From contig OX597821.1 of NCBI GenBank assembly GCA_951406725.2, positions 6,200,001 through 6,264,000 of the forward strand: DNA of 64,000 nt, given 5' to 3'. Below, piece after piece: positions 49,678 to 62,472 of the stretch (position 1 is its first letter; the number at the start of each line of letters is the position of its first letter). The notes beneath the pieces were generated by a model. That model made no database searches and was not told where the DNA came from. It saw nothing but the letters and a program-made list of their open reading frames with translations. The position numbers were made by a program, and so were the translations under genes. The DNA comes from Octopus vulgaris (lineage: Eukaryota).

Positions 49678-51389
49678 TATGTATGTATGTATGTATGTAT
49701 GTATGTATGTATGTATGCATGAATGCATATACATATATTATATAAATATGCATACATGCTGAGACCACCTTCGGTCATGACTGACCATGGGATTACACCT
49801 AGTAAGTTACCCTCCCAGACACAAGTCCGAGCAAAGTTGTTTATGGAAGACCAGCAGTCGTCCATGCATACTGGCCTCCTCTCTCCACACCACTAGTGTT
49901 ATCAATATCAAACCACTCTCAGAGTGGTTGGCATTAGGAATGGCATCCAGCTGTAGAAACACTGCCAGATCAGATTGGGGCCTGGTGCAGCCTCCTGGCT
50001 TCACATACCCCAGCTGAACCATCCAACCCATGCCAGCATGGAAAACGGACGTTAAACAATGATGATGATGATGATGATGACTTCTCTACATCTTAGAATG
50101 TGCTTCTTCTTTCAGATTTGTTTTTTACAGACAATATATAAGTGTGTATGTAAGTATGTGTATGTGTGTATTTGTATATATATTTGTGTGTGTGTCTCTC
50201 TCCTCTACTTTCCCCCAGTTCATGTATTACAGGTCTCACCTCAAATCCCTTTAACTCAGCCCAGTTTCTAGAGTTGTCACCTATTCTTCCCTCTTCCTTA
50301 CCTATCACCTCTCAACACCTGTTCTTCATAATAATCTTCACCTCTCACCCATTCCCCACCTCTAACCATCTCTCACTTTCTCAAACACTCAGGCAATCTC
50401 TACCCACCAACACATCCAATTCTCCTGTTCCCTGCTCAATTCTACTTACCTTGTATCTCAAAGCTCCACTGTAACACTTCACTACTCATTTTTTTATCTC
50501 TTTCCACTCTCATCCTCTTTTCTTTAACCCTTAAGCATTCAGATTACGCTATCAAACGTAATGCTTATATAACATTTTTCTGATATTTTTCTGGAACAAA
50601 TAAGTAGCCAAATCGGATTTAATGAGAAAAATTATTTCAATATACCAAATTTGAAAATTTTGACGTAATTTTAAAATTTTACAGTATGTAACAGCAACAG
50701 GGAAGACCCTACAAAAGTAGAGAGACAGACAGTTATAGGACATCCCCCCACACACATACATTCACAAACATACACACAGGTAATCATGAGTTTAAAATGG
50801 TGTATAGTAGACAAGTATTATGTATATATATGTATGTGTGTGTGTATGCGTGTATCTATATCTTTAGAAAAGTATGTATGCAGCATCGCTTGTATATCCC
50901 TGAATGATATCTGTATTAACGTTACCATCCCATTGCCACTCCATATTTGTTGCTTACACAATGCTGTTCTCCCCTTCCCTGATATCAGTCACACTCACAT
51001 TTCTCTGACACTAACACTCTTGCACCCTTCTCATTTTATCAAATGATAGTCCAACCCCACCTAGGAGACCCATTATAGATTTCTACTGAAATCTAATTAG
51101 CCTATAATGGAACTGGATGTTAGTTTAACATGTATGCAAAGTTTTGTCAAGATTGGTTCACTGGTGTAGGCAGCAAGATGGTAACAGACAGATCAACATA
51201 CAGAAATTGCCATTAATGTATAAGATGTGTGTGTATGTATATTGGTTCTGTGTATATATGTGTGTATATATATATATATATTATTTTTACATATAAATAT
51301 ATATGATGCATTTTTATATATACATATATACACACATGTATATCTACATTATATATATACACCTACAAACACATAGATATACTTATTTG

Positions 51390-51560
51390 TACATACATGC
51401 ATACATACATACACACACATGCACACATACATACATACATACATACATACATACATACATACACACACATACATACATACATACATACACACACACATAC
51501 ATACATACATACATACATACATACACATACACACACACACACACATACATATATATATAC
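51390..51560. repeat. (CATA)n/(CA)n microsatellite
   Basis: Directly visible. Confidence 0.95.
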
Positions 51561-52436
51561 ATCTATGCACATCTCTGAGCATGTCTAAGCTTGCTTGTTC
51601 ATGTCCCCACAATGCTTGCTACCTATGACATGTATACACCTGTCAACAGGTGTAAATATTTGCATTGCTTTGCAAATGTTGAACAACAAGAATCGACATT
51701 CGACTCCTTATTCATTTCAGGCAAATCGACAATGTCCACTTGCTTGTTATAGCAGTTTCGTATGACTAAAACAAATAACAAAATGGCTGAGACTGGCGGA
51801 CATGAATATACACACATCTATTTGTTTTTCTCAGTTGAACATCAGGGAAAAATGGTAAAAATAAATACTAAAAGAATTGTTCTAAGGTTTGAACCTGGAA
51901 ATAATAATACAAAAAGATACTTTGTTGAATTACCAAATAACTCTTTCACTTTGATTTTTGTCTCTCTTTCACCCTTTGCTTTTTTTCTCTCTCTAAAACT
52001 GATCCTTCTACCCAGGTCTGATATATTTGTCAAGATATTTCAAATAGTTTTTAAAAGTAAATAAAAGTTTGCAAAACAAAATAAAATGGAATTGTATTTT
52101 TTTACAAAATTATTTCATTTAAGTGCTGAACTTCCCTGTTTTTTTATTTTTTTAAATTAAAAAGAAAATTATTATTATCGTAATTTACTTCATTTAGTTT
52201 CTAATTTCTAACCCTAAAAGATATATTTTGTTAAATCTTTTTATCGTATTCATGTTTCAGTCATTGGACTGCAGCCATACTGGACACCATCATGAAGGGT
52301 TTTAATAGAATAAATCAACTCCAGTATTTATGTTTTGTTAAAGTGTGGTACTTATTTTATTAGACCCTTTTGTTGAACTGCTATGTTATGGGGATATAAA
52401 CAAAGCAACTCTTGTTGTCAAGTGATGTTGGCGACA

Positions 52437-52467
<31 letters not shown>

Positions 52468-52765
52468 GACAGGCTTCTTTCAATTTTTGTCAACCAAATC
52501 CTTTCACAAAGCTTTGGTCTGCCCAGTTCTATAGCAGAAGACAGTTGCATAAGATGCCACATAGTGAAACTGAACCCAAGACCACATGGTTGGGAAATAA
52601 GCCCCTTCACCACATGCTCACAACTGTGCCAAATTGTCAAGATACAGGGTGTTTGGGTTAAATTTGACTGCTTGCCTCAAAGGAAAAGAAAAGACAATAT
52701 TCCATCCAAAAGGAAAAGTATTTTAAAAAATTCAAAAAATCAACTAGACTATGACTGGTAGATTC

Positions 52766-53144
52766 TTTTATTCTTTTATTTGTTTCAGTCATTTGACTGT
52801 GGCCATGCTGGAGAACTGCCTTTAGTCAAGCAAATCGACCCCAGGACTTATTCTTTGTAAGCCTAGTACTTATTCTATCGGTCTCTCTTGCTGAACTGCT
52901 GAGAGACGGGGACGTAAACACACCAGCACTGGTTGTCAAGCAATGTTGGGGGACAAACACACACACACACACACATATACATATATACGATGGGCTTCTA
53001 TCAGTTTCCATCTATCAAATCCACTCACAAGGCTTTCGTCGGCCTGAGGCTATAGTAGAAGACACTTGCCCAAGGTGCCATGCAGTGGGACTGAAACCGG
53101 AACCATGTGGTTGGTAAGCAAGCTACTTACCACACAGCCACTCC
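52766..53144 (-). mobile_element. SINE family A, inserted at the stop codon of a transposase relic
   Basis: Full copy abutting ...GGYFE*. Confidence 0.88.
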
Positions 53145-53538
53145 TTACTCAAAGTAGCCACCCTCAGCTTCCACCACAACCTCAAAATGGCACTGGAATC
53201 TGGTGCATGTGTTTCTCACTGTGTCCCTAGGAAGATCTTTAAACATCTCCTTGATGATTACAGGTAAATTTACTGCCATTAATTTACCATGAAAAAAGTT
53301 TACCGTGAGGAAAGTCGACTGTGAAGAAAGTTTTAGCATCTCACCATTAATAATTAAAAACTATTTTATTGAGAGAAAAATGGTGAATTGATGATGAAGT
53401 TTCCTTGCAGTGAATTGATGACAGATCAGACATGCTCCTTGGTCTTGGCCATCTGCTTAGCCTTAGTTGTTGCAAGCAGAATGGTTGGTCTTTTCCTCAA
53501 CCTTGTCCCACTCATAGTAACCCATGGGGTTGCAATGG

Positions 53539-53806
53539 AATTTACCATGCTACACCAGACTTCACGGTCCATCATGGCATTATGGAGGTCCTGTTGCTGG
53601 ATGCCTGTATCCCTGGAGATTACATCAGGGTAGGAGAGTGTGCACCCTCTGGTATTGCAAGTAGATGGCTTCCAGAGGAGAAGAGTAGAAATTACTTCTT
53701 TTTCAGCTCTACAACAATGTCCAGCAAACTGGACTCTCCTACCTTTCACAAGAGATGACACAGGTGGTAGTTTCCCATATATTTGCATTTTGGTTGGATA
53801 GCGCTT
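53539..53806 (-). mobile_element. LINE ORF 3' fragment (RTE-like) with 17 bp TSD
   Basis: YPTKMQIYGKLPPVSSLVKGRRVQFAGHCCRAEKE..LLLWKP..DTG..AMMDREVW; flanked by CCATGGGGTTGCAATGG at 53522-53538 and 53807-53823. Confidence 0.82.
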
Positions 53807-55189
53807 CCATGGGGTTGCAATGGGGGTAATTAGGAAGCCAGAAATTGAGGTTGGTAATGCCATAGAAATTTTCCAACAACCACTTCTGACTCTTTCTGGA
53901 AGTATGGCGAGGAGCTGAATCCTGCTGCCACACATATGGCCTTCCAGCAACAACCCTCTCCAGCCAATGTTTGACCACAGTCTTCAATAATTTCACGTAA
54001 CTGTCTGAACTGAACCCGAGGCCCTGTTTAACCCTTTAGCATTCAGATTATTCTGTAAAATGTAAAGCTTATGTATTCACACCATGTAAAATTAATCTTG
54101 CATCATTTCATGGCTTTGAGATTTCAATGATGTGATTGTTTATTTTTAAAATGACACAATAAGACAGCTATGAATGACCATATCTGACTAGTTTGAACAT
54201 AAAATAGGTAGAATATTTTGGCCGGATATGGCCGGTTTAAACACTAAAGGGTTGGGGATGAATTTCAGCATGAGGATGCCCTCAGAATGCCTGCTGTGTC
54301 CCTTCCTTCTGGCCACAGCTTCGTAGTCTCTGTTGCAGTTGTCCGTATTACACCTCACAGTAAGGTGGCGAACTGGCAGAATCGTTAACACACCGGATGA
54401 AAGGCTTAGCAGTATTTCACCTGTCACTACATTCTGTGTACAAATTCCACCAAAGTCGACTCTGCCTTTCATCCTTCGTGATCGATAAATCAAGTACCAG
54501 TTGCGTACTATGGTTGATGTAATCGACTATGCCCCCCCCTCCAAATTTCAGGCCTTGTGCCTATGGTAGAAAGGATTTTACATCTTTCAGTCTTTACAAT
54601 GTTCACAGAACATTGAGCAGCTGTCCTGATGTTGGCATTTTGATGTCCAGCACAAATCATCATGACACAGGTGACACTATACCAATATTCAGATGGTTTC
54701 CAGTCCTCATTGTCAGTGAAGTTTTGTCAGCTACAACTTTAATCTTTATGCTCTCCAACGCCATTGACTGTTCACCAGTGTATTAAGCTGTTCCTGAAAA
54801 AAGGATACATAAAAAAAATCATTAACTTTAGCCAAAACATGGCTGTATTTTAACTATTTTTAAAAACTGAATAAAAGTTTTTGAAACTAAATAGAGAGAA
54901 TTGTATTCTTTTTACAAAATTACTTGATTTAAGAGCTAAACTTTTGTTTTTTTTTATATTTCTATTGTAATTTATTTTGTTTAAATCTTAATTTCTGTAT
55001 ATGTCACATAGCCTCACAATTGTTCCATTATGAATCTGGCAGCCGCTGTGTAAGAAAGGGTTAACTTTTTGACACACACATTAGTATGAAGAATGGTTTT
55101 ATATTCAGTAGAAGCTGCCTTATCTTGTAAGGCTAACAGCAAACAGTTTTATTTCAAGCAATTCGAATGAAAAATTAGAGGCTTCATGC

Positions 55190-55999
55190 TGTTTGTGGTG
55201 GTGGTTGTGGCAGTGGTGACAGTTGTGGTGGTGATGGTGGTGGTGGTGGTGGTTGTAGTGATGGTGGTAGTGGTTATGGTAATGGTTGTGGTAGTTGTGG
55301 TGGTAGTAGTGGTGGTGGTAGTTGTGGTGGTAGTGGTGGTGGTGGTGGTGGTGGTGGTGGTGGTGGTGGTGGTGATGGTGGTAGTGGTGATGGTGGTAGT
55401 GGTGATAGTGATGATATTAATGGTGGTGGTGGTTGTAGTGGTGATTGTGGTGGTGGTGGTGATGGTGGTAGTGGTGGTGATGGTGGTAGTGGTGGTGGTT
55501 ATGATGATGATGGTAATATGGTTACGGTGATTATGGTGATAGTGATGATATTAATGGTGGTGGTGATTGTAGAGATGGTGGTAGTAGTTATAATAATGGT
55601 TGTAGTAGTTGTGGTGGTGGTGGTAGTGATATTGGTTGCAGTGCAGGTGGTAGTGTTAATGGTGGTTGTGACAGTGTTAGTGCTGTTAGTGATAATAGTG
55701 GTGAAGGTGTTGGTTGGAGTGGTGTTGTTAATGGTTTTGGTATAGGTGATAGTGGTAGTTATGCTAATGGTATAACAGTAGTGGTGACTGTGACAGTGGT
55801 GCTAGTGATGGCGATGGTTGTGGCTGTGGAGGCAGTAGTGATAAAGGGTCGTATTGTAGTAGTAATGGTGGTGGTGGTGGTTGTACTTGTGTTAGTGGCA
55901 GTTGTGTTATTGGTTATGGTGGTTGATGTGTTAGTGTTGGTATTAGTAGTAGTTGTAGTGGCAGTAGTAGCAGCAGCTGTAGTAGTAGTAGCAGCATCT

Positions 56000-56039
<40 letters not shown>

Positions 56040-56096
56040 AGATAGTAGTAGTGGAGATAGTAGTAGTGGTGGTGATGGTAGTAGTAGTAATGGGAA

Positions 56097-56132
<36 letters not shown>

Positions 56133-56152
56133 CAACAGCAGCAGCAGCAGTA
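55190..56152. repeat. ~1 kb (GTG)n/(GTA)n trinucleotide tract
   Basis: Directly visible; source of the poly-Val/Thr/Leu ORFs. Confidence 0.95.
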
Positions 56153-56244
56153 AGTCCCATAACAGTCATTGAAGTGGAATGAGTTATCTGAAGATCAATA
56201 TTGACATGTAGAATAAATGCTGTTTAGCCCTAGGTCAACCTTAT

Positions 56245-56550
56245 AACTTCATCATTGAGGCCCGTGTCAAGAGATGGCATGCAGTCTCGTTCCCCACTGA
56301 AGTCAGCTACTGTGGCTTTCCTGCCGGGTCAGTGAGCTATTTCCTGCAGAAAATAGGTCTGAAACCCAGACAACTGAAGAAAGCCAGGAAGGAGATAGGC
56401 ATGGCAGCTAAAACTTGCTGGAGGTGGCCATGGTTGATAAAAAACTGCGAGTGGAACCCTTCTTAAGGTGAAGACCAGTTCAGTCCTCGCTGCCTCACTC
56501 TGGCGAAGCATATAGGCTAAGGGACAAAACACACATGACCCTGAGCAACG
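56245..56550 (+). mobile_element. HERO-like (RLE-type) non-LTR retrotransposon 3' fragment
   Basis: WHAVSFPTEVSYCGFPAGSVSYFLQKIGL...LKKARKEIGMAAKTCWRWPWL..EWNPS* resembles the P-EVGCRGF...AAE...WLW C-terminus I recall for this clade. Confidence 0.7.
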
Positions 56551-58089
56551 AGAAGTAAAGTGTCCTCTTCAAGAACACAATGCATAGGTGGGAATCAAAC
56601 TCACAGAATTATGATTGTGAACTATATACCCCAACCACTAAGCCATGTGCCCCTTCACAGTACACACTTCTATACTATTATATTCAGTCTTCTTCTTCTG
56701 CACCCTTTTCAAGCCTATCCAGGTTCATGGGCCCAGTTTCCCGGTTTCTGTGGCGTATGTGTTCTGCCCAGCTGGATGGGACGCCAGTCCATTGCAGCAT
56801 TACTTAAGAAACAGGAAGAAAGAGTGAGAGAAAGTTGGGGCGAAAGAGTACAACAGGGGTCGCCACCACCCCCTGCCGGAGCCTCATGAGAGCTTTAGGT
56901 GTTTTAGCTCAATAAACACACATAACACCTGGTCTGGGAATCGAAACCGCGATCCTCCGACCAAGGGTCCGCTGCCCTAACCACTGGGCCATTGTGCCTC
57001 CACAAATAAATGCACCCTTTTAAAGCCTAGCCAGGCTCATGGGCCCGGTTTCCTGGTTTCTATGGCATATGTGTTCCCCAGCTGGACGGGATGCCAGTCC
57101 ATTGCAGTGTTACTCATTTTTGCCAGCTGAGTGGACTGGAGCAATATGAAATGAAGTGTTTTGCTCAAAAACACAACATATCGCCTGGTCCAGGAATCGA
57201 AACTACAGCCTTATGATCATGATGCTGACATCCTAACCACTAAGCCACGTACCTCCACATTATATTCAATACTATTGATATATTGTATAAAGCACTAAAA
57301 ATTTTAAATTTATGTCATGAACTCTTTACAAATTTTATTATATAAAAAAATGCTGTATCAAAATTGTTTTAAAACAGTGATGAGTGTACTAATTATACTT
57401 TGACACAAAAGAAACATACATAAACTAGTGTTGGGTGTATTAAAAATAGTCAAAATTTTAAAATATCCTAGCATACTCTGACTCACCTTGAAAACTCACA
57501 GCACACATATGGGCCATGAGTGGTCATGGTAGAGTGGCTGATATTGTTTGCTTTATCAATCATCATCAACAGTATTTTAAATCTGGTTTTCAATGCTGGA
57601 TGATGGGTTGGATGATGAGGACGATGAGGATGATGAGGATGATAATAAAGCAGATATTCTGTATTGAGTGCATGCCTAGATTTTAGGATATATATACCAT
57701 ATTTCTGGTTGTCACAAGAGGCAACTAAAAAGAGCTGTCAAGAAAAAGGGCATCCAGTGGTAAAGGTAAAGGTTACCTTCTCGAGTCATACTGACTCATA
57801 AGGGCCTGTTTCCTGGTGTCCATGACGTATAAATTCCCCGTCTGGATGGGATGCCAGTCTGCCACAGGATTACTAATTTTTGCTTGTTGAGTGGACTGAA
57901 GCAATGTGAGATGAAGTGTTTGGCTCAAGAACACAACATGTCACCTGGTCCAGGAATTGAAACCACAATATTATGATCATGAGTCCAACATCCTAACCAC
58001 TAAGCTATGCACTTCCACTATCCAACCGTAAAGCACTGCCTCAGTAAAAGCTGTCCAACCCATTGTTCCAGCATGGGAAAGCAGATTTA

Positions 58090-58700
58090 TTTTTCACTGA
58101 CCCTGGATGGAGGAAAGGTAAAGTTGACCTCAGTGGGATTTGAACTCAGAATGTAAAGACCCAGAAGTAAATAGTGCAAGGTGCTTTCTCTGACACACTA
58201 AGAATTCTGCCAAACTACTGCCCTTCTGAATTTGATAATTCTTTCAGCTACAGGCACAAGACCTGAAATTTGGAGGAGGTGGGTAGTTAATTACATCAAC
58301 CCTAGTACACAACTAGTATTTATTTTATCGACTCCAAAAGGATGAAAGGTAAAGTCGACTCTGGTATCATTCGAACTCAGAACGTGGAGATGGATGACAT
58401 GTTGCTAAGCAGTTTTCCCCGCATGCTAACGGTTCTACCAGCTCACCGTCTTCCTTCTGAATTTAATAATCCTTTCTACTTAAGGCATAGGTCCTGAAAT
58501 TTTTTGGGAGGAAACTTGTCGATTATATCGACCCCAATATTTCACTGGTACTTCATTTTACAAACGCCAAAAAGATGAAAGGCAAACTCAACCCCAGCAG
58601 CATTTGAACTCAGAACGTGGAGACGGATGACATGTCGCTAAGCATCTTCTCAGCATGCTAACGATTCTACCAACTCACTGCCTTCCTTCTGAATTTAATA
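58090..58700 (-). mobile_element. Three tandem SINE family B copies
   Basis: Units separated by the shared linker CCTTCTGAATTT(G/A)ATAA. Confidence 0.8.
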
Positions 58701-60401
58701 ACAGATCTGCTTTATTCCCACATTGATTGCTTTCATCTCTTTCTGTTTCTGTTTCTGTCAGGCAACGCCTAAAGCGTCTCTTCATGCCTCTCTGACTTCA
58801 TGGCTGGGCAGCATTACAGCTTTATTGTGCCATCACAGATACCCAACCACGGCTGATTTACTTTCAAAACATTAATAGACATAATGCTTTCACGTTAAAC
58901 TATATTAACCTACATTTGTTTATGTTGATCGTGTTGTCATTGTTGTTGTTGTCGTTGTCATTGCTGTTTCTCGGGTTATTGATGTTGCTGTTTGCGTTGT
59001 TGTTGTTGTAGTAAGTGTTGCTTGTGCTGCTGCAGCTGTTGTTGTTGGTGGTGGTGGCAGTGTTGATGTTGTTATTGTTGTTGTTTCTAAGATTATTGAT
59101 GATACAGTTGTTGTTGTAGTTTGGATTGTTGTTGCTGCTGTCATTGATTTTGTTGCCATTTAACCCTGGGTCAGGCCTGACAGAGCAGATTTATGATCAA
59201 AGACATTCAAACCATTTGTTGCAGGTGTTGCTGCTACTGCTGTTGTTGTTGATCTTGTTGTTGTTGTTTAGCCCAGAGTAAGGCCCGACTGAGCAGATCT
59301 ATGATCAAGGACATTCAAACCAGGACCGTCCCCTCTTCTCCTATGTGCAGGAAACTTGAGACCACATTATCCAATGTAACCCTTAAGACAGCAGAAAGTA
59401 ATTTGAGGGAGATTTGAACTGCTATTTCTATAGATCAAGTGACCACCTATCATCTCACCTCACTGGCTTGTGTCTATTATTATTGCTGTTGTTGATATTG
59501 TTACTGTTGAAGGTGGTGAACTGGCACAATCATTATCGTGTTGGACCATATGCCTAGTGGCATTTCTCACACTCTTACATTCTGAGTTCAAACCCCATCA
59601 ACATTGACTTTGTCTTTCATCCTTTTGGGATCAATAAAATAAAGTTTCCGTTGAGCACTGGGGTCAGTGTAATTGACTAGTCCCCTCTCCATAAAATTTG
59701 AGGCCTTGTGTTGATAATAGAAAGAAAAAACATATTACCATTGTGGCTGTTGTTGAATAACCCAAGGTCAGTCCTAATTAAGAAAATCCTGATCAAACAA
59801 AGACCATTCTAACTATGGCCATTGTGTAGATGTTTCAGTTATTTTGTATTTTCTTTGATCCTGCTAGGATTTGGACACTGGGCACCGGGCAGTGAAACTA
59901 AATGTCACAACATGTTTAATGCTATGTGCGAGCAACACTCCAGCTGTTTGCCGCCACCGCTGTCGCCGCCACCACCACCACCACCACCACCACCGCCACC
60001 ACCGCCACCACCACCACCACCACCACCACCATCATCATGTGCATATGCATATGTGTCTTTGACTTCACAACTCTTCAGGTATGAGATCAACCATGTGATT
60101 TCATGTTCAGCCCCACTCCACGGCACTTTGAACCACCACTTGATAACTGGTGTTATTTTGTTTATGTCCCTGTGACTTAATGGTTTGGCATAAAGAGACC
60201 AATTGAATAAATACTTGACTCACAAACAAATACTGGGGGTGTGGGCAATGTGTTCAGGCCAGCCCTTCAAAGTGGTGTTTCAGCATAAAAGATATGCAAA
60301 AGACGAAATGCAGAACATCTAAAAATGGTGCTGTAGCATACACTTAAGATCCATATCCATGCATATCCATGCATGATCCAATATAACTCCCAAGCTATTG
60401 G

Positions 60402-60629
60402 TTAACCCATTAGCATTCAGATTACTCTTTCAAAAGTAAGGCTTTTTTATTCATACTGTTTTGTGTTAATTATATACCATTTCACAGCTTCAAGTCTTTG
60501 ATGATGTGATTGTTTATTTTTAGAATGACATTGTAGGGTAAGTGTGAAAGGCCAGATCTGGTTGGTTTGAACGTAAAATAGGGAGAAGATCTGGGATAAA
60601 CATGGCTGGTTCAAATGCTAAAGGGTTAA
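60402..60629. mobile_element. piggyBac-like MITE family D
   Basis: TTAACCC(T/A)TTAGCATT ... AATGCTAAAGGGTTAA; other copies ~4880-5422, 17665-18270, 37128-37340, 54028-54253. Confidence 0.75.
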
Positions 60630-60974
60630 CCTACAGCTACGGTAAAAGACTCGTGTCCAAGATACAGTACAGTGTGATTGAAACTGGAAATATCTGGTTG
60701 TGAAGCAAACTTCTAAACTGTGAATCCATGCCTGTCCTCTGTTCTTTCATGCTGAACTATGCCTGATGGTGATAACATAACCCCACTGATAGAATATGAG
60801 GAGGTACCCAAAAGTAATCAGAAACATTCTCTGAAGGCAGCGAGCTGGCAGAAACGTTAGTACGCCGGGCAAAATGCTTAGGCAATAAAAGTATAAACAT
60901 CTAAAACTAAGTGAATAAAATAATATGCAAAATTCCAATTTCTTTTGGGTACCCCCTCATACATTGGTTATATG

Positions 60975-61230
60975 TACAGTGACCATTTTTCCAAACATCA
61001 TCTGATGATGTTTCTTATGGTCATTAGATGTTTCAGGTCTTTCAACATCAGATACCCTTGCCCAGGCGATCCAGCTGAGGTCGATCAAACTCCCAGCTTA
61101 TGTCCAGCTTGCACTGCCTCAGGTAGTACTACTTTTTCTGGAGTACATACTTCCTGAACTTTGAAGCAACTTGTAGCAACTTCTGCTGCCTCCACAACCA
61201 ACTTGATGGTCTTCTACCTTCTGGCCTCTT
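60975..61230 (-). mobile_element. HERO-like non-LTR retrotransposon 3' fragment
   Basis: KTIKLVVEAAEVATS then a 3' UTR CTGGATCGCCTGGGCAAGGGTATCTGATGTTGAAAGACCTGAAACA...GATGATG resembling HERO 3' UTRs from memory. Confidence 0.6.
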
Positions 61231-62038
61231 AGTCACACAGGTCACAAACTAAAAAGGGTACCACTACATGGTCGTTTGTCCTGCTGGAAATAACAGCCAA
61301 ACCGCCCATAAGTCATACCTTACCATCATTAAAAGATACAAAAGACTAAATGTAGCCTTTGATATAAGAATTAGATGTTGTTGGTTCATGGTTAGCCTTG
61401 GGGCTAAACGTCAACAACGATAATAATGACAACTTCTGAATGGACGAGACAAACCGGGAGTCTCTGACATTGACGGCCAGCCAGCTAGAAATAATCCTTT
61501 CTACTAAAGGCACAAGGCCTGAAATTTTGTGGGGAGGGGACTAGCCAATTACAAGGACCCCAGTGTTTCACTGGTACTTAATTTATTGACCCCTAAAGAA
61601 TGAAAGGCAAAGTTGACTTTGATGGAATTTGAACTCAGATGAAATACTGCTAAGCATTTTGCCTGGCATGCTAACGATTCTGCCAGCTTGCCATCTTTGA
61701 CCTGCTAGAAATAATAGCTACATTTTCTTCACATCATATCATTGTATCTTAAAAAAACCCCAGTGAATTGGATATACAAAAATATGGGATTGTTATGGGT
61801 AGAATGTCTTCCTTTATAAGAAGACTACCCAATGAAGGTTTGGTTCACCCAGGGCTCAACAATAGCTGCCAATGGGAGGTTGTGGCTACAGGATTGCTAA
61901 ATACTTTGGGTCTTGCTCCTGGTGCAAGAGCAGTGCTTGAACATGTAATTCTTCAACTGAGAGAGGGAGAGAGGGAGAGAGGGGAGAGATAGAGATAGAC
62001 AGAGAGGGAGAGAGTAATGGAGTGGGACAGGGAAATCC

Positions 62039-62080
<42 letters not shown>

Positions 62081-62234
62081 TGAGAGAGGCATGACACGTA
62101 TACCTTTCGGTCGGTCGTAATGACTCCTAATTACATCATAAATAATTAAATAAATATAACTAAAAATATCAGCTGCGTCTTGTTTTTTCTTTTTGTAGAT
62201 ATTAATATGAAGATATGAAAACATGGATGCTATG

Positions 62235-62438
62235 CTTTGCCTCTCACCCTCTTTCCTACTTCTCTCTTCTTTTCCATCTTTCTCTCCCTGCTTCTTTCAC
62301 TTTCACTTTTATTCCCCCTCCTTCGCCTCTGCCTTCTTTGCTCTTCTTTTCTCCCCTTCTTTCTCTTCCACTCTCACTACACCTTTAATGGTTTTCATAT
62401 TTTTCCTTACCGTTATTTTATACTCTCTCTCTCTCTTC

Positions 62439-62472
<34 letters not shown>

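Larger units (their letters stand above)
52643..54720 (-). pseudogene. Fragmented Tc1/mariner (maT/DD37D-like) transposon with nested insertions
   Basis: Ordered pieces EDWKPSEYWY..MMICAGHQNANI..AAQCS / NRDYEAVARRK / RPYVWQQDSAPRHTSRKSQKWL..CNPM / RFQCHFEVVVEAEGGYFE*; probable terminus TACAGGGTG at 52643. Confidence 0.85.

Noticed and set aside
53426-53953. 175 aa ORF that looks like a novel fusion protein
   Set aside because: A chance read-through of out-of-frame transposase sequence into an inserted LINE fragment.
55186-56182. Poly-Val, poly-Thr and poly-Leu ORFs resembling mucins or membrane proteins
   Set aside because: Products of (GTG)n/(GTA)n repeats, open in several frames on both strands, with no supporting gene structure.
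59960-60035. Poly-Pro, poly-His and poly-Gly ORFs
   Set aside because: (CCA/CCG)n microsatellite directly upstream of a decayed SINE.
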